Assembly: GCA_002633005.1 (NCBI GenBank)
Contig: NMRA01000616.1
Coordinates: 175,378-239,377, forward strand
DNA: 64,000 nucleotides
Source of the DNA: Phoronis australis
Taxonomy: Eukaryota; Animalia; Phoronida
Reading direction: 5' to 3'
The position numbers were made by a program, and so were the translations under genes. The notes under the pieces are model-generated. The model saw only the letters and a program-made list of their open reading frames with translations. It was not told where the DNA came from and did no database searches. This document shows, in pieces, positions 40,900-52,000 of this stretch. How positions within the stretch are numbered: the stretch's first letter is position 1; every line of letters begins with the position of its first letter.

Positions 40900-43155
40900 C
40901 TGGGATCCAACGCAACGATTTTTGTTATCCGTAAAGTGTTAACTGCAAACATCATGGTTCTCAACTTGCAGAAAGGTCATCTACTGAATATTTTGAGTAC
41001 TGTTATATAAAACAATGCGTCTTCACTCTGAATTTTCACCGTACTTAGCGGAAAAAGAAAGCAAAATAATCAAGAGGGTCGACGACTGATTAAAGAACAG
41101 GCAGCAAAAAAAGGTCTTCGGGAACAATCTTCATTTCCTATCATGGTCTACCGTAACAAGGTTTTGGTGGCTAAGAGAAGCTAGAAAATGTACAAGCTGA
41201 GTCTCCAGTACAAGACGGTGGTGAACTCTTGTTCTAAAAACTCAAGGTGACACAAACAGAAACCCCTCAAATCAGGTGAGAGAAGAGCTCGTGTTTGGCA
41301 ATATGCTTGGAAGCTTACGAGCACACACTAGCAACATGGCGACCACATAATTATTAAGTGATACGGAATTCAATGCTTCCGTTCTATATGCAAAGATTTC
41401 TCGTTTCAAGTGAAGAGTAAGTGTCTTGGTTCTACCTAACACAGACGAGTAGGTTCTCTTTGTCAAGTAGACAACCTGTTCCACATTATGTAGAGGCTGT
41501 TAAATTCCGGTTTGTCCCGATTGCCTCTCCTCTCTTCTTGTTAGGCAACTCGAGGAAAACTTGTCTCTTGCATCATCACTTCACCAATGACTTACCTCGA
41601 CTGTCAAAAGCGTGTGTCAATTCCTGCCCATGCACTGTACCGAGAGCTCCAGAATTCAGGGATCTTAAAATCATGATGACCTCATAAATAAATAGAAAAT
41701 ACACCATCGTGTAGAGAATTATACAAGCAATATCGAAATTAAACGGATGCTAAACCTATTTAGGCCTATGAAAACATATAATTATACAAGTGGTTCCATC
41801 AAATTCTCTGAAATAAGATAATGCTCAGTAACTATCCACAAACCTCGAAAGTTTTGATATTTTTTCTAAATCTGTTAAACGGGCAGGAGTGAACTATGCT
41901 TTAGACGAGTAAAAATGACAATATCATTAAAAGCCACCCGGCAAAATGAGACACAATATCCAATCTGTGACGCAAATCAGTATAAAATTTAGTTGAAACC
42001 TGCTTTTAACATTCAATTGGTACACCGATGATGCATTGTAGGTGACAGAATGATGGCTGATTGAAATCAACAAAACAGTGTCTAGCATCCTTTTAAAAAT
42101 TAAGATGTGGGTCTTTTATTGAGAAATCTTTTGTGTCTTGTCAAATATCCTCTCCTTTTTAACAAAATACTTTTTATTATAATCCTGTGAGTAATCGAAT
42201 TTGTGTTTTTACTCACCTGATCTGCCTGATATCGGATAAATGTCACCAAAGTGTTAATACCCTTACCAGTTAGCCCCAGTAAAATGTTCGAAGTTTATTA
42301 ATCGACATCTTAAGTACGCCATATTGTGCTTTCAAAGGTAAGCTAAAGGGTTCATATTCCTTCACAAATTAGCGTGCCTGGCACGTTGGGGTGTGAATAT
42401 ATGCAATGGCAAAGGTTTTTTGTTTTGTTTTCGGTTTTTAAGAAGAAAATAAGTTGTGATTTCATTTCCGGAGTACAACTCACAAAGGGTATTTGGAACT
42501 TGTCTTTGTTTGAAATTAAGGATTTTGGTTGTGGTAAACAAGGTCGCTCTCAGTTTAGGGATGCGTTGTTACATTACTTGAGACATTGCCGACCATAAAA
42601 GGGTGGTTGAAGTATTCCAACCATGAAAAAATTCATTGGTGAGCGGTTTGTAGTGCCCATTGTCAACCTTCAACATCATACCCCACCTGAAAAAAGAACA
42701 ATAACGTGACTTCAGCACGGGAAAGTTCCTGAAACTGATATAATTTGCATGGAACGTCCTTTTTTGAAACTGTCTTTCAGTTTTCGTGTTTACAACCATT
42801 CGCTTTATAAAAAGCATTAGATTTTTTACAGTAGCCCGACGGAATTCATGCCTGGTTTGTGAGTGTGTAAGACAGCACCGCACGGTTGGATATAAACTTG
42901 GTTTCATCTTCTCAAGATTACGGGATTATGGTGGTTATTAGTTCACTAATGCGACTCATGCTTTAAAAATATTGCCGCTAGGAGAGACATATACACATTA
43001 TCCTATAATGTTTTTAAATACTTTAATTATACGATTTCCAAGAGCAGCTGGATGCTTTCGATCACTGTCGCTTATCTCGATCTCTTTAAGCTATTCACCA
43101 GTAAATGGAATTCAACTGTCCTTTATCCATTCGGTCACTCGCAGAACTTACTTTA
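40900..43155 (-). pseudogene. Decayed inverted M13 fragment psi1 (exons 14-16 + introns)
   Basis: Exon 14 copy 42578-42686 has a 2-nt deletion; exon 15 copy 41596-41663 has HELTH>QELTH; exon 16 copy ~40970-41048 has a lost acceptor and a frameshift/stop. Confidence 0.9.
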
Positions 43156-43176
43156 AACATTTGATGGAACTGTGCT

Positions 43177-43287
43177 CAACCGTCATCTTCAGTTGGTCTC
43201 CCACTGTCCTTAATGGTTTCGTCCCTAAACCAAGACCATCTCTAGTAGGCGGGACAACAGAGTTGATCAGGCTCTGCCTGACGGTTG
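43177..43287 (-). ncRNA. Structured 3' UTR RNA element with hammerhead-ribozyme core motifs (candidate pseudoknotted hammerhead)
   Basis: Six complementary helices use nearly every nucleotide. GUC, GAAA and CUGAAGA sit at the helix junctions expected for a hammerhead core. Activity untested. Confidence 0.55.
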
Positions 43288-43293
43288 TTGATG

Positions 43294-46200
43294 TTATTGC
43301 TGTTGGTGCTTCATCCATATCCAACAAGATGCCTGTTCAGCTTCGGTGGCCACGTCGCGGAGAAGAACCTTCTTTCCTGTCGCAGAGACGCCCAGAGACC
43401 TTGCCATAGCAGTAACCGAGCTGGCCGGAAAACCACGGCAACCAACCTCCACGGAAAAACTCCAACACCTCCAGCCGTTAACGTGGCAGTCACTCCTCAG
43501 ATCAGTATATTTCAGGTTCTTCCGCTCGTGTGCCTCTTCTACCCTACTCTCCCACGGAATGGTGAGCTCGATCAGGATGATCTGGTGGGAACTATCCGAA
43601 TAAAGAATCAAGTCAGGGCGCTGGGTAGTCTGGACAATGTGCTGTGGGAAGGATGACTGGTGACCGGCAAGATCAACCCACAATTTCCAGTCGTTGGCTG
43701 TGTGAAGGATGCCTTTCTGCGCTGGTGACTTCTTCTTACTTGCCTCATCGCCACTTCTTCTGAAACTGATAAATTCGATCCGGTGGCTTCTTGACTTTGG
43801 TTTACTTTTGACTTCGTCAACCAACACCCTTGCGAAAACTTTCAGTACCTGGTTGTGCCGGTAGGTGTACTTTCCTGATGCCAAAGACGCGCTGCAAGAT
43901 GACAGAATGTGTTCTAAAGAACATCTGCGTCCACACTGAATACAGCTCGGGTTGTCAGTAAGACCCCAAATAGCAAGGTTGCTGGGAGTAGGCAGTACAT
44001 CATAAACAGATCTGATGAGAAACTTTGCTTTCAAAGGCGACATCTTCCACAAGTCCGCCCACTTTATTTCCCTTTGCAAGACTTTGTCCCACTTCGTCCA
44101 CGCCCCCTGCTGACCCATCTGAACTGCTCGGGCATACCTTCCTTCGTTCTCTGACAATCTAACTTCTCTGATTATTCTGTCTCTGTCTGGGTTTTTAAGT
44201 CTCTTCCTTGCTGGATTCCCGGTCTTGTAGCCCAGTCCTTGCCTACCCTGGCAAGCACTCCCTATCAGTTGCTTGTGCCTCAGCCGGCTTTCTGCTTCGC
44301 TGATTGCCGACGTGGTGGACCACTTACTGCCGGTACGTGACTGGGTGATGCAACCACTGATAGCCTGGTCAGATGTATTCCGCAGAGTGATACTGGCTCG
44401 CACTTTGGTAACTTTATATTCCTCCACCACAGATGAGACCGGAAGAACGAGTTTCGATGACTTGCAGTACAGCCCGACGTTGCTGAATGATGCAGGTAGA
44501 CCAAGCCACCTTCGAATGAACCGGCTCGCTGCTCTTTCCATTTCCTCAGCTGAAGACGACGTGACGTCGTAGATTAACAGTGGCCACATAAGTTTCGGGA
44601 GCAAGATGAACTGGTAGCACCAAAGCTTGAATCTTCCGGGTATGCCGTCTTTGTCGATCTTCTCAAGCCAAACCTTGAGCTGGGCTTTCACATCCTTGAC
44701 ACGGGATGTGTCTCGTAGGCTGCTATCATAGTACTTGCCAAGGCACTTGACTGGTTGTTCACTTATTGTTGGAATTCTGCATCCTGCTATCGAAAACGTC
44801 TGTCTCTTGAGCAACACGCCTCTGTTGATAATTAGTGATCTGGACTTCTCTGCCTTGAATGACATACGGGCCCATTTAGTGAGCTCTTCTAGGCAACGGA
44901 GAATTGTTCTGGCTCCCACTGGTGACTCTGTCACAATTGTAATGTCGTCAACAAAAGCTCTACATGACGGCTGTCTGACTTCATCTAGCTTGGGACCTCT
45001 TCGCTCAGATTGGGCTCTCTTCAGCAGGACATTCATTGCCATGATAAACAGGATGACTGAAATGGTACAGCCCGTCATAATTCCTTTTTCAAGGTGTTGC
45101 CACTTCGTAGTGAAGTTGCCGACTGTGAAACGCATCACACAGGAGCTATAGTATGACTTCACTATACTCTTGACTTTCTCAGGAATGTGGTAGATGTCCA
45201 TGGCACGATAAACTAATACATGTGGTACCGAACCGTACGCATTTGCCATGTCGAGCCACACCATAGACAGATTCTTCTTGCCCTTCTTCGCTCGGTGTAT
45301 GAGTTCACTTATGATAGAATTATGTTCCAGGCATCCAGAAAAGCCTGGTACCCCGCCTTTCTGTGAAGATGTGTCAATATACTTGTTCTTGATCATGAAG
45401 TCTGTCATTCTGCCGGATAGGATTGCTAAGTAGATCTTTCCTTCCACGCTAAGCAGTGAAATTGGTCGAAACTTGCTAATCTGCTTCGAGCCTTCTTCTT
45501 TCGGAACATAAACTCCTTCAGCTCGCCCCCACTGGGCTGGAACTATGCCCTTCCTCCAGAGGATCTTAAACAGCTTCCAGAGCCTTTCTCTCAACTTGGG
45601 ACACATCTTATAGACCTTGTAGGAAATTCTACTTGGACCAGGGGCTGACCCCGATCGGGCTTTCTTCACAATGCTATCCACTTCTGACTTCTTAATGTCC
45701 CCCAGATCAAAACCTTCGTCCGGTAGATCTTCAGCCTCTACATCTGGGAAGTCGCCAAGGGGAGTATCTTTCAACTCATCACTGTGAATTTTGGCAAGGT
45801 GATCCTCCAAGTCTGCCCGGGTGCAGGTAAGTGTTCCGCTTTTGCTCTTGCCTAAAAGCCTTGAAGCATACTGGTAGGGGTTCCTAATGAATTTCTCTCT
45901 CTGCCTTGACCGTTTCTTCCTATTTTGTGCACCTCGTTCTGCTTTGCGGAGGGACAATAGTCGCTTGCGGGCCTCAGATGTCAGGTGAGTTATTCCTGCT
46001 TTTTCGTGCTCAGCTGCACTCTTCCACAAGCGACGGAGTTCTCTAAGCTCTCTGCGGATAGTCACTATTTCCCGTTGTCGTCTGTTTGGTCCTCGTGGGT
46101 TTGATGTTTCCTTTCTTTTCTCTACTGTTCCAAAGCGGTCCACACTGACTTGGTAAACAATCCTAGTCATAGCCTCAATCTTTGTCTCTGCTGGACCTCG

Positions 46201-46542
46201 AAGAGTGACACGTAAGATGCTATCCAGATCATCGTCTAAGGCTGACCACACCTTCTTATCAGCTGCTGATGGCCACTTGATTCGATCCTTCTTTGCAGTA
46301 TCTGGTGGACCTGCTGAACTGGCTGGAACTGGATTCTGAAATACTTCAGCTTCTACTACTAATGCTTCCATCTGATGCGTAGCTGGGAGGTCTTCTGCAC
46401 TGTGGTTTGAGACCTGGCTCAATCCCTCCCCCGTCTCACTGGACGTGGCGCCCAAGCGTTGCCTTGCGACCTGACGTAAGCACTTCATCTTTCCTTGGTG
46501 GATCTTCAACCCTCTTAAATTCTTCAGAATCTTTCCACACAC
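43294..46542 (-). CDS. Retrotransposon polyprotein: Zn finger - RT - CCHC knuckle - restriction-like endonuclease
   Basis: CVCGK..NLRGLKIHQGKMKC; RT motifs FRPISLL, WLDMANAYGSVPH, GIMTGCTIS, AFVDD; CIQCG...LEHILSSC, RHNQVL, RPDLIL...IELTIPWE...K..KY. The frame stays open up to the junction at ~46578 with no ATG. Confidence 0.95.
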   Translation of the reverse strand: MCGKILKNLRGLKIHQGKMKCLRQVARQRLGATSSETGEGLSQVSNHSAEDLPATHQMEALVVEAEVFQNPVPASSAGPPDTAKKDRIKWPSAADKKVWSALDDDLDSILRVTLRGPAETKIEAMTRIVYQVSVDRFGTVEKRKETSNPRGPNRRQREIVTIRRELRELRRLWKSAAEHEKAGITHLTSEARKRLLSLRKAERGAQNRKKRSRQREKFIRNPYQYASRLLGKSKSGTLTCTRADLEDHLAKIHSDELKDTPLGDFPDVEAEDLPDEGFDLGDIKKSEVDSIVKKARSGSAPGPSRISYKVYKMCPKLRERLWKLFKILWRKGIVPAQWGRAEGVYVPKEEGSKQISKFRPISLLSVEGKIYLAILSGRMTDFMIKNKYIDTSSQKGGVPGFSGCLEHNSIISELIHRAKKGKKNLSMVWLDMANAYGSVPHVLVYRAMDIYHIPEKVKSIVKSYYSSCVMRFTVGNFTTKWQHLEKGIMTGCTISVILFIMAMNVLLKRAQSERRGPKLDEVRQPSCRAFVDDITIVTESPVGARTILRCLEELTKWARMSFKAEKSRSLIINRGVLLKRQTFSIAGCRIPTISEQPVKCLGKYYDSSLRDTSRVKDVKAQLKVWLEKIDKDGIPGRFKLWCYQFILLPKLMWPLLIYDVTSSSAEEMERAASRFIRRWLGLPASFSNVGLYCKSSKLVLPVSSVVEEYKVTKVRASITLRNTSDQAISGCITQSRTGSKWSTTSAISEAESRLRHKQLIGSACQGRQGLGYKTGNPARKRLKNPDRDRIIREVRLSENEGRYARAVQMGQQGAWTKWDKVLQREIKWADLWKMSPLKAKFLIRSVYDVLPTPSNLAIWGLTDNPSCIQCGRRCSLEHILSSCSASLASGKYTYRHNQVLKVFARVLVDEVKSKPKSRSHRIEFISFRRSGDEASKKKSPAQKGILHTANDWKLWVDLAGHQSSFPQHIVQTTQRPDLILYSDSSHQIILIELTIPWESRVEEAHERKNLKYTDLRSDCHVNGWRCWSFSVEVGCRGFPASSVTAMARSLGVSATGKKVLLRDVATEAEQASCWIWMKHQQQ

Positions 46543-46578
46543 ACAGGTTCTTGATGCTAAATCGGTGTTCGTAATCGT

Positions 46579-47830
46579 AGGATTATAATATGAAGTATTT
46601 TGTTAAAACGGAGAGGATATATGACAAGACGCATTCCATTTCCTAATAAAAGATCCATTATAATTTTTAAAAGGATGCTTGACACTGTTTTGGTAATTTA
46701 AACCAATCCTAGTTCTGTTACCTGCTAATGCATCATTGGTGTACCAATTAATGTTAAAACCAAGTTTCAACTAAAAACCCCATACTCATTTGCGTCACAT
46801 ATTGGATATTGTGGCTCTTCGTGGGTAGTTTTTCATTAAAGTTGTCATGTTTAACTCGCCTTAAGCATAGGTCATTCTTGCCCGTTTAAAAGACTTCGAA
46901 AAAATCAAACTTTGCTCTAAACTTTCGAAGTTTTTCGACAGTTACAGAGCATTATCTTATTTCAGAAAATTTGATGGAAACACTCGTATATATCTTTTAA
47001 TAAGCCTGGACCGGGTTTGACAACCGTTTAACTTCGATACTGCTTGTATAATCCTCTACACGGTAGTGTATTTTCTTTTTATTTAATGTGGTCGTCATGA
47101 TTTTAAGATCCCTGGATTTCGGAGCTCTCGGTACAGTACTTGGACACGAATTGACCCATGGGTTTGACAGTCGAGGTAACTCATTGGTGAAGTGATGATG
47201 CAAGCGACACAATTTCACCATTTCCTCAAGTTCTCTAACAGAAGAGAGGAGTGGCAATAGAGACAAACCGGAATTTAACAGCCTCTGTATAATGTGGAGC
47301 AAGCTGCCTACTTGACAAAACGACACTTACGCTTCACTTGAAACCAGAAATCTTCGCTTATGGAACGGAAGCATTGAATTCTGTATCACTTAATAATTAT
47401 GTGGTCGCCATATTGCTAGTGTGTGCTTGTAAGCTTCCAAGCATATTGCCAAACACGAGCTCTTCTGTCACCTGATTTGAGTGGTTTCTGTTTGTGTCAC
47501 CTTAAGTGTTTATAAGAATCTCCTGCTGAGTTCACCACCGTCTTGTACTGGAGACTCCGCTTCTCTTTTAAGAGACCATGGTAGGAAATGAAGATTGTTC
47601 CCGAGGAGTTTTTTTTGGTGTCAGACAGTTCTTTAATCTGTCGTCGTGATTATTTTGCTTTCCTTTATTCAACTGTGTTTGGTTAAAAATATAGAGAGAA
47701 GACACAGTGTTTTATAGAACAGTACCCAAAATATCCAGTCCATGACCACTCTGTAAGTTGAGAACCATGATGTTTGCAAACAACCCTTTACGGATAACAA
47801 AAGTCGTTGCGTTGCATCCCAGAGTGCTAC
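46579..47830 (+). pseudogene. Decayed M13 fragment psi2 (intron 14, exons 15-16), mirror image of psi1
   Basis: Exon 15 copy 47108-47175 still reads [22 protein letters not shown]; exon 16 copy 47673-47752 has an AG>AA acceptor and an in-frame TAA. Confidence 0.9.
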
Positions 47831-49037
47831 ATTCATATTATTAGATTCATTCAATACAGGAGCAAAGTGTCTCGCAGAATATGATGCGCTCTGTATGCGG
47901 ATTGAAATATTGGTATATTGTATGATCTCTGCAGGTCGACTTCTGACGGTGCCGACGGCTCAGTTTACACGCTATCACACACTCCTATGCGCATATTATG
48001 CCGCCAATGGCTCTCGATTACTAAGGATCGTGTTAATAGCGTGTGCATGTACTTAACGCCAACCTACTGGGAGAGCAACTTTTTTCATGTCATTTTAGTA
48101 AAGATACGGCTCGTTGATTATACCAGACAAATGTTTCAGTTAATTACGGCTCTCCGTACTTTTATTAATCAGTCGTGCACTACACTGGAAGTGACGTTTA
48201 GGGGTTTAATAATTTCCCGCTATTTTGTTTCTAGTGCGTTCGAGTTTACTGTGAGGATCTGTTCTACTCTTGTTTTTGAGCTGGTTTTCTAAAATTGTCG
48301 TCACGGCAAATATAACCAATTGTGGTTTAATGATCCATTGGCAAGATTAGGGATCATTGAGTGTACAAAATGTGGCATTTAGATTTTTGATAGGATACCT
48401 ATCCATATAGAAAAAATGAAATTGTTTTGAATTTTGAGGTGCACATTGATTTTTTAAAACGCACTTTATTTTATATGCACGTACATGTAAGACATACTCT
48501 TAACTTTCCTTATTGGACCGGTTAGGCAATTTGATTTAAGCGCTTTTAAAGCGCCTGGGTGACAAAAGTCCGAATGTTAGCGTACGAATTCCCTTTGACT
48601 AGAAGAAACGAGGAAGTGCTATTAGAAAATAAAACGTGTTTCGCAAATTTATTCTTGTTCAAAACAATTACAACATAAATGTATCTAAGAACTCCCAAAA
48701 GTACAATAAATTTTCACAGCTAGTCTGCACGTGCTTTTAGACGCACACAAATTCGGTACTGATATGCAAGTAAATTACCGCAGATGAACACCGGTAATTT
48801 GTAGCCACTGGATCTGTCTAACGCTGGCTTTTGCTCATGATTTCTATCGTTTCACGGATTTGGAATTTCAATATTTATTGTCCCTAAATAATAATATTTC
48901 AAAAGTGGGTTTACAAAAAATATGCTAGGTAACGGCGCCGTGAAAATTCATTCACTACATGCAGGTAGTTTGAATAACAATATCGAAGGCAATATTTCAT
49001 CCTCTTTCGCTCCTAGAGATGTCCTTGAGCTTCTGAT

Positions 49038-52000
49038 TCACCACACCTTGCACTTCTTTACCGGATTCATACGCGTTCCTGCCATGCACTTGAATTGCGT
49101 CGCGAAGTCCTCGGAGTTGGACAGAGTCCCAATGATCCTGCATGCAATATCATGGGATATTACTAAGCATGTACAATACAATGTAGTTTGAGATGAGCAT
49201 TAGATCAAGCGATTTTGGTCACGTTTACAAGGTTTCAGTATCAATGTGTACAAAAGTATTTCGTCAAAATTACCCGGAATAGCCCGTATTTTTTCTTAGT
49301 GTACAGCCCAAATCATTATGAGAGTTAGAATTCTCCTAAGCCCAAAAATAAAGGCTAATTAAAAGGAAAGTTAGTGAGGCAGCTAAGCCATTCTGTACTT
49401 AGACCTCTTCGTCCTCATTTTTGTTTTTAACACAATTGCCCTCGAGACGGGAAAATGGTAGTATGTCTGATTACTGAAAGCTTTCAAGCTTCACCAGCAA
49501 CCATACGCCCAGAGACTTCTTTAGGGAATGCTTGTACATCTATTAATAAAAAATAATATGCTTCGGTTTCTGTGGGAATTAACAATGAGACTTTGAGGAA
49601 AATCTCACCACGGAAGAAAACGTGTGTAAAGTTGAATGTCGTTCTATTTATGCTTTGTGGGTGTTGCACAAACTGACCTATACCTAGTTCTCAAGTTACG
49701 ACGACTTAGTCGGATTGGGCAGTTCAGGCTCATAAAATAGGCCTCATTGTATTCCTTTCCGTGACAGTAACTTCGTGTTTGATAGATGCTCGCTTCTACG
49801 AAACATACGCCCGGTCGGGAGAGCCAGTCTTCTTGATATAAATTTGTTGACCTTCATGCCCAGGACAAAGAAAGACACTGGCAAGATGGAAATATCGGTA
49901 AATCCTAATTGGATTCTACTGTAAGTCTCCACCAGAACTTTTCCATGTCGTCTCTAACCCAGATTCGATAATTACCATTGAAATCCGGTGAAGATTAGAA
50001 AACGAGACCAGCTGGTCCGCGTTCTCAACCCATTCTAAGTAGCGATCGATTGCGCATTCAGTGTTGCACGGCTCACTTTGTCACTGACAAAACAAGCAGG
50101 AAACAACGGATGGTCACACCATTTTGTTGTGGATATGGCTCAAGGCATGCCAGCTAGAGCACTAAGAACAGACGTTTCATGTTCAGTAAATTATTGAAGA
50201 CGCGCCAACAAGTTGATATTTTGATGTCTAATCCTCAACGGTTGGCCTCTGTCTGTAGTCGAGGCTAATTTTAGCAACCCATAATCGCCCCTCATGCGCT
50301 CCACTCACCTATATCTTTCTGGAGTGTGTGGGTCATTCTCCAGGCTGAACGCAGCCTGCTCCTTAGTTGTCGAGGAACAGAATACCTGCAGAAACCGAAA
50401 CAAAACGCATTATTTATGCAATGATCAGCATTGTCTTAGGTGCTGCTTGACATGATCGCCCGATACCAATTATGTTTTGGTGTGAAAATGTCATTTTACG
50501 TAATGTGGAAATGGTCAACCAATGCTTTGAAGGATCAGACCTTGAGAACCATTGTTGCTAATTCAAATCGAAGGGCTAGCACTAAAATCATAATAAAATA
50601 TTACGTACTTTTGTTTCTATGATAATTGGAAACAGCAACCTATTTCTAAAAAATCTGTCAATTTGCAACTGAAGTTACTAAGCGTATTGAATTCTCAAGA
50701 TGGCAGTATTTTGCCTGGCCTTATGAAACGCCAAACTAGCTCATTATTTACACTTTATCGCATGTTGCATGACAAAATCCAGAAAATGGGATGTCGAATG
50801 ACAAATTGGAACGCCTACTCTCACCTGTGAAAATCCTAGAAAGAACAGCTGTTTATGAGTCAGTTTCAGTCCTGGGAGAGCCATTTCTTTGCTATTACTT
50901 GCCGCCCAACTTTCGTAGGCCTGACGGATAAAGGGAAAAGATGTATGACTCATCAGTTGTATCGCGCGGCCGTTTACTGATAGATGGAATACTTGTGTTA
51001 TTTTGTTTAAGAAGACTTGAAAATATGCGGTCGAGTTTAATAAGGTGGTTAACTCGAATCAGTCTTCACTGAGTGTATAGCCTCCCCGAAAGTTATAAGC
51101 AAAGGTGAGTGACAACCTGCGCCTACCTATCCACGGGAAAAATGTCACGGACTACAACAATGGTTGTGGTAATAATGACAACTATGACGTACGCGTGACT
51201 GGTGGACGGCCGGGCGGTAATGGTGATAATTACTTTGTTGTGGTGATCTTGTGTCAGTTTTTATAATAATGACATTAATGACGATGGCAGTAGTTGTACT
51301 GATGGCGACGACTCTGAGGAACGCTTTCGTGTTGGCCGTGTTTTTACAAAATGGTGTCGATGTCAATTGAAAAGGTGATTGTAAATTGGAGACGGTGAAA
51401 GGGACTGTTGGTCATTTTGAAGGGTTTGGAACGATTGCCTCGATGATGGTGAGATAAGCAGCAGCTAGGAGGGCGATCATTTTAGCTTTCAGGGAAGCAA
51501 AATGTAGTAATGGTGATTGTGGTGGTGGCTGTAGTAGTAGTGGTGTTGTTACTGATGGTTATCACGGATACGACGACGACGTTTGTTACTGGTGACTACG
51601 GTTGCACTTGTCGGTTAAGCCACAACTTAGTAATTCGCCAATTATACACTGAAATACACAGTCCCAGCGTCGACATTCGCAATTTGACTGCCATTGTAAG
51701 TAGGAAAAGCCATCAACTAATTAATAAACAATCAAAACGTCAGCGTTTACCTTGAATGCAGCATGAATCCCGCCGTTGTCAGCAATGTTCTCATGAAGAG
51801 TTGCTTTTCCGTTCACCTGTGGACAGTAATGCTAAATATTTAGGAATTAGACGACAGGTATCTCAAACTAAGCTGTCCACTGTTAAAGACTACTTGATAA
51901 ATTTTGTCTTACGCTCATACTTCACCATAACTAGATAAATGTTTAAAATTTTAATTATAAGCATACCGCCTCCAGTAGCCGATTTCAAATGTCAAAACAT

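Larger units (their letters stand above)
43155..46578 (-). mobile_element. RLE-type non-LTR retrotransposon (HERO/NeSL-like), slightly 5'-truncated
   Basis: Single long ORF plus a ~140-nt 3' UTR. Boundaries were placed where M13 intron homology stops (~43154) and resumes (46579). No TSD or poly(A) tail seen. Confidence 0.9.

Noticed and set aside
47108-47175. Intact HELTH exon copy as an alternative exon of gene A
   Set aside because: It lies downstream of the terminal exon, and its partner exon 16 copy has lost its acceptor and carries a stop.
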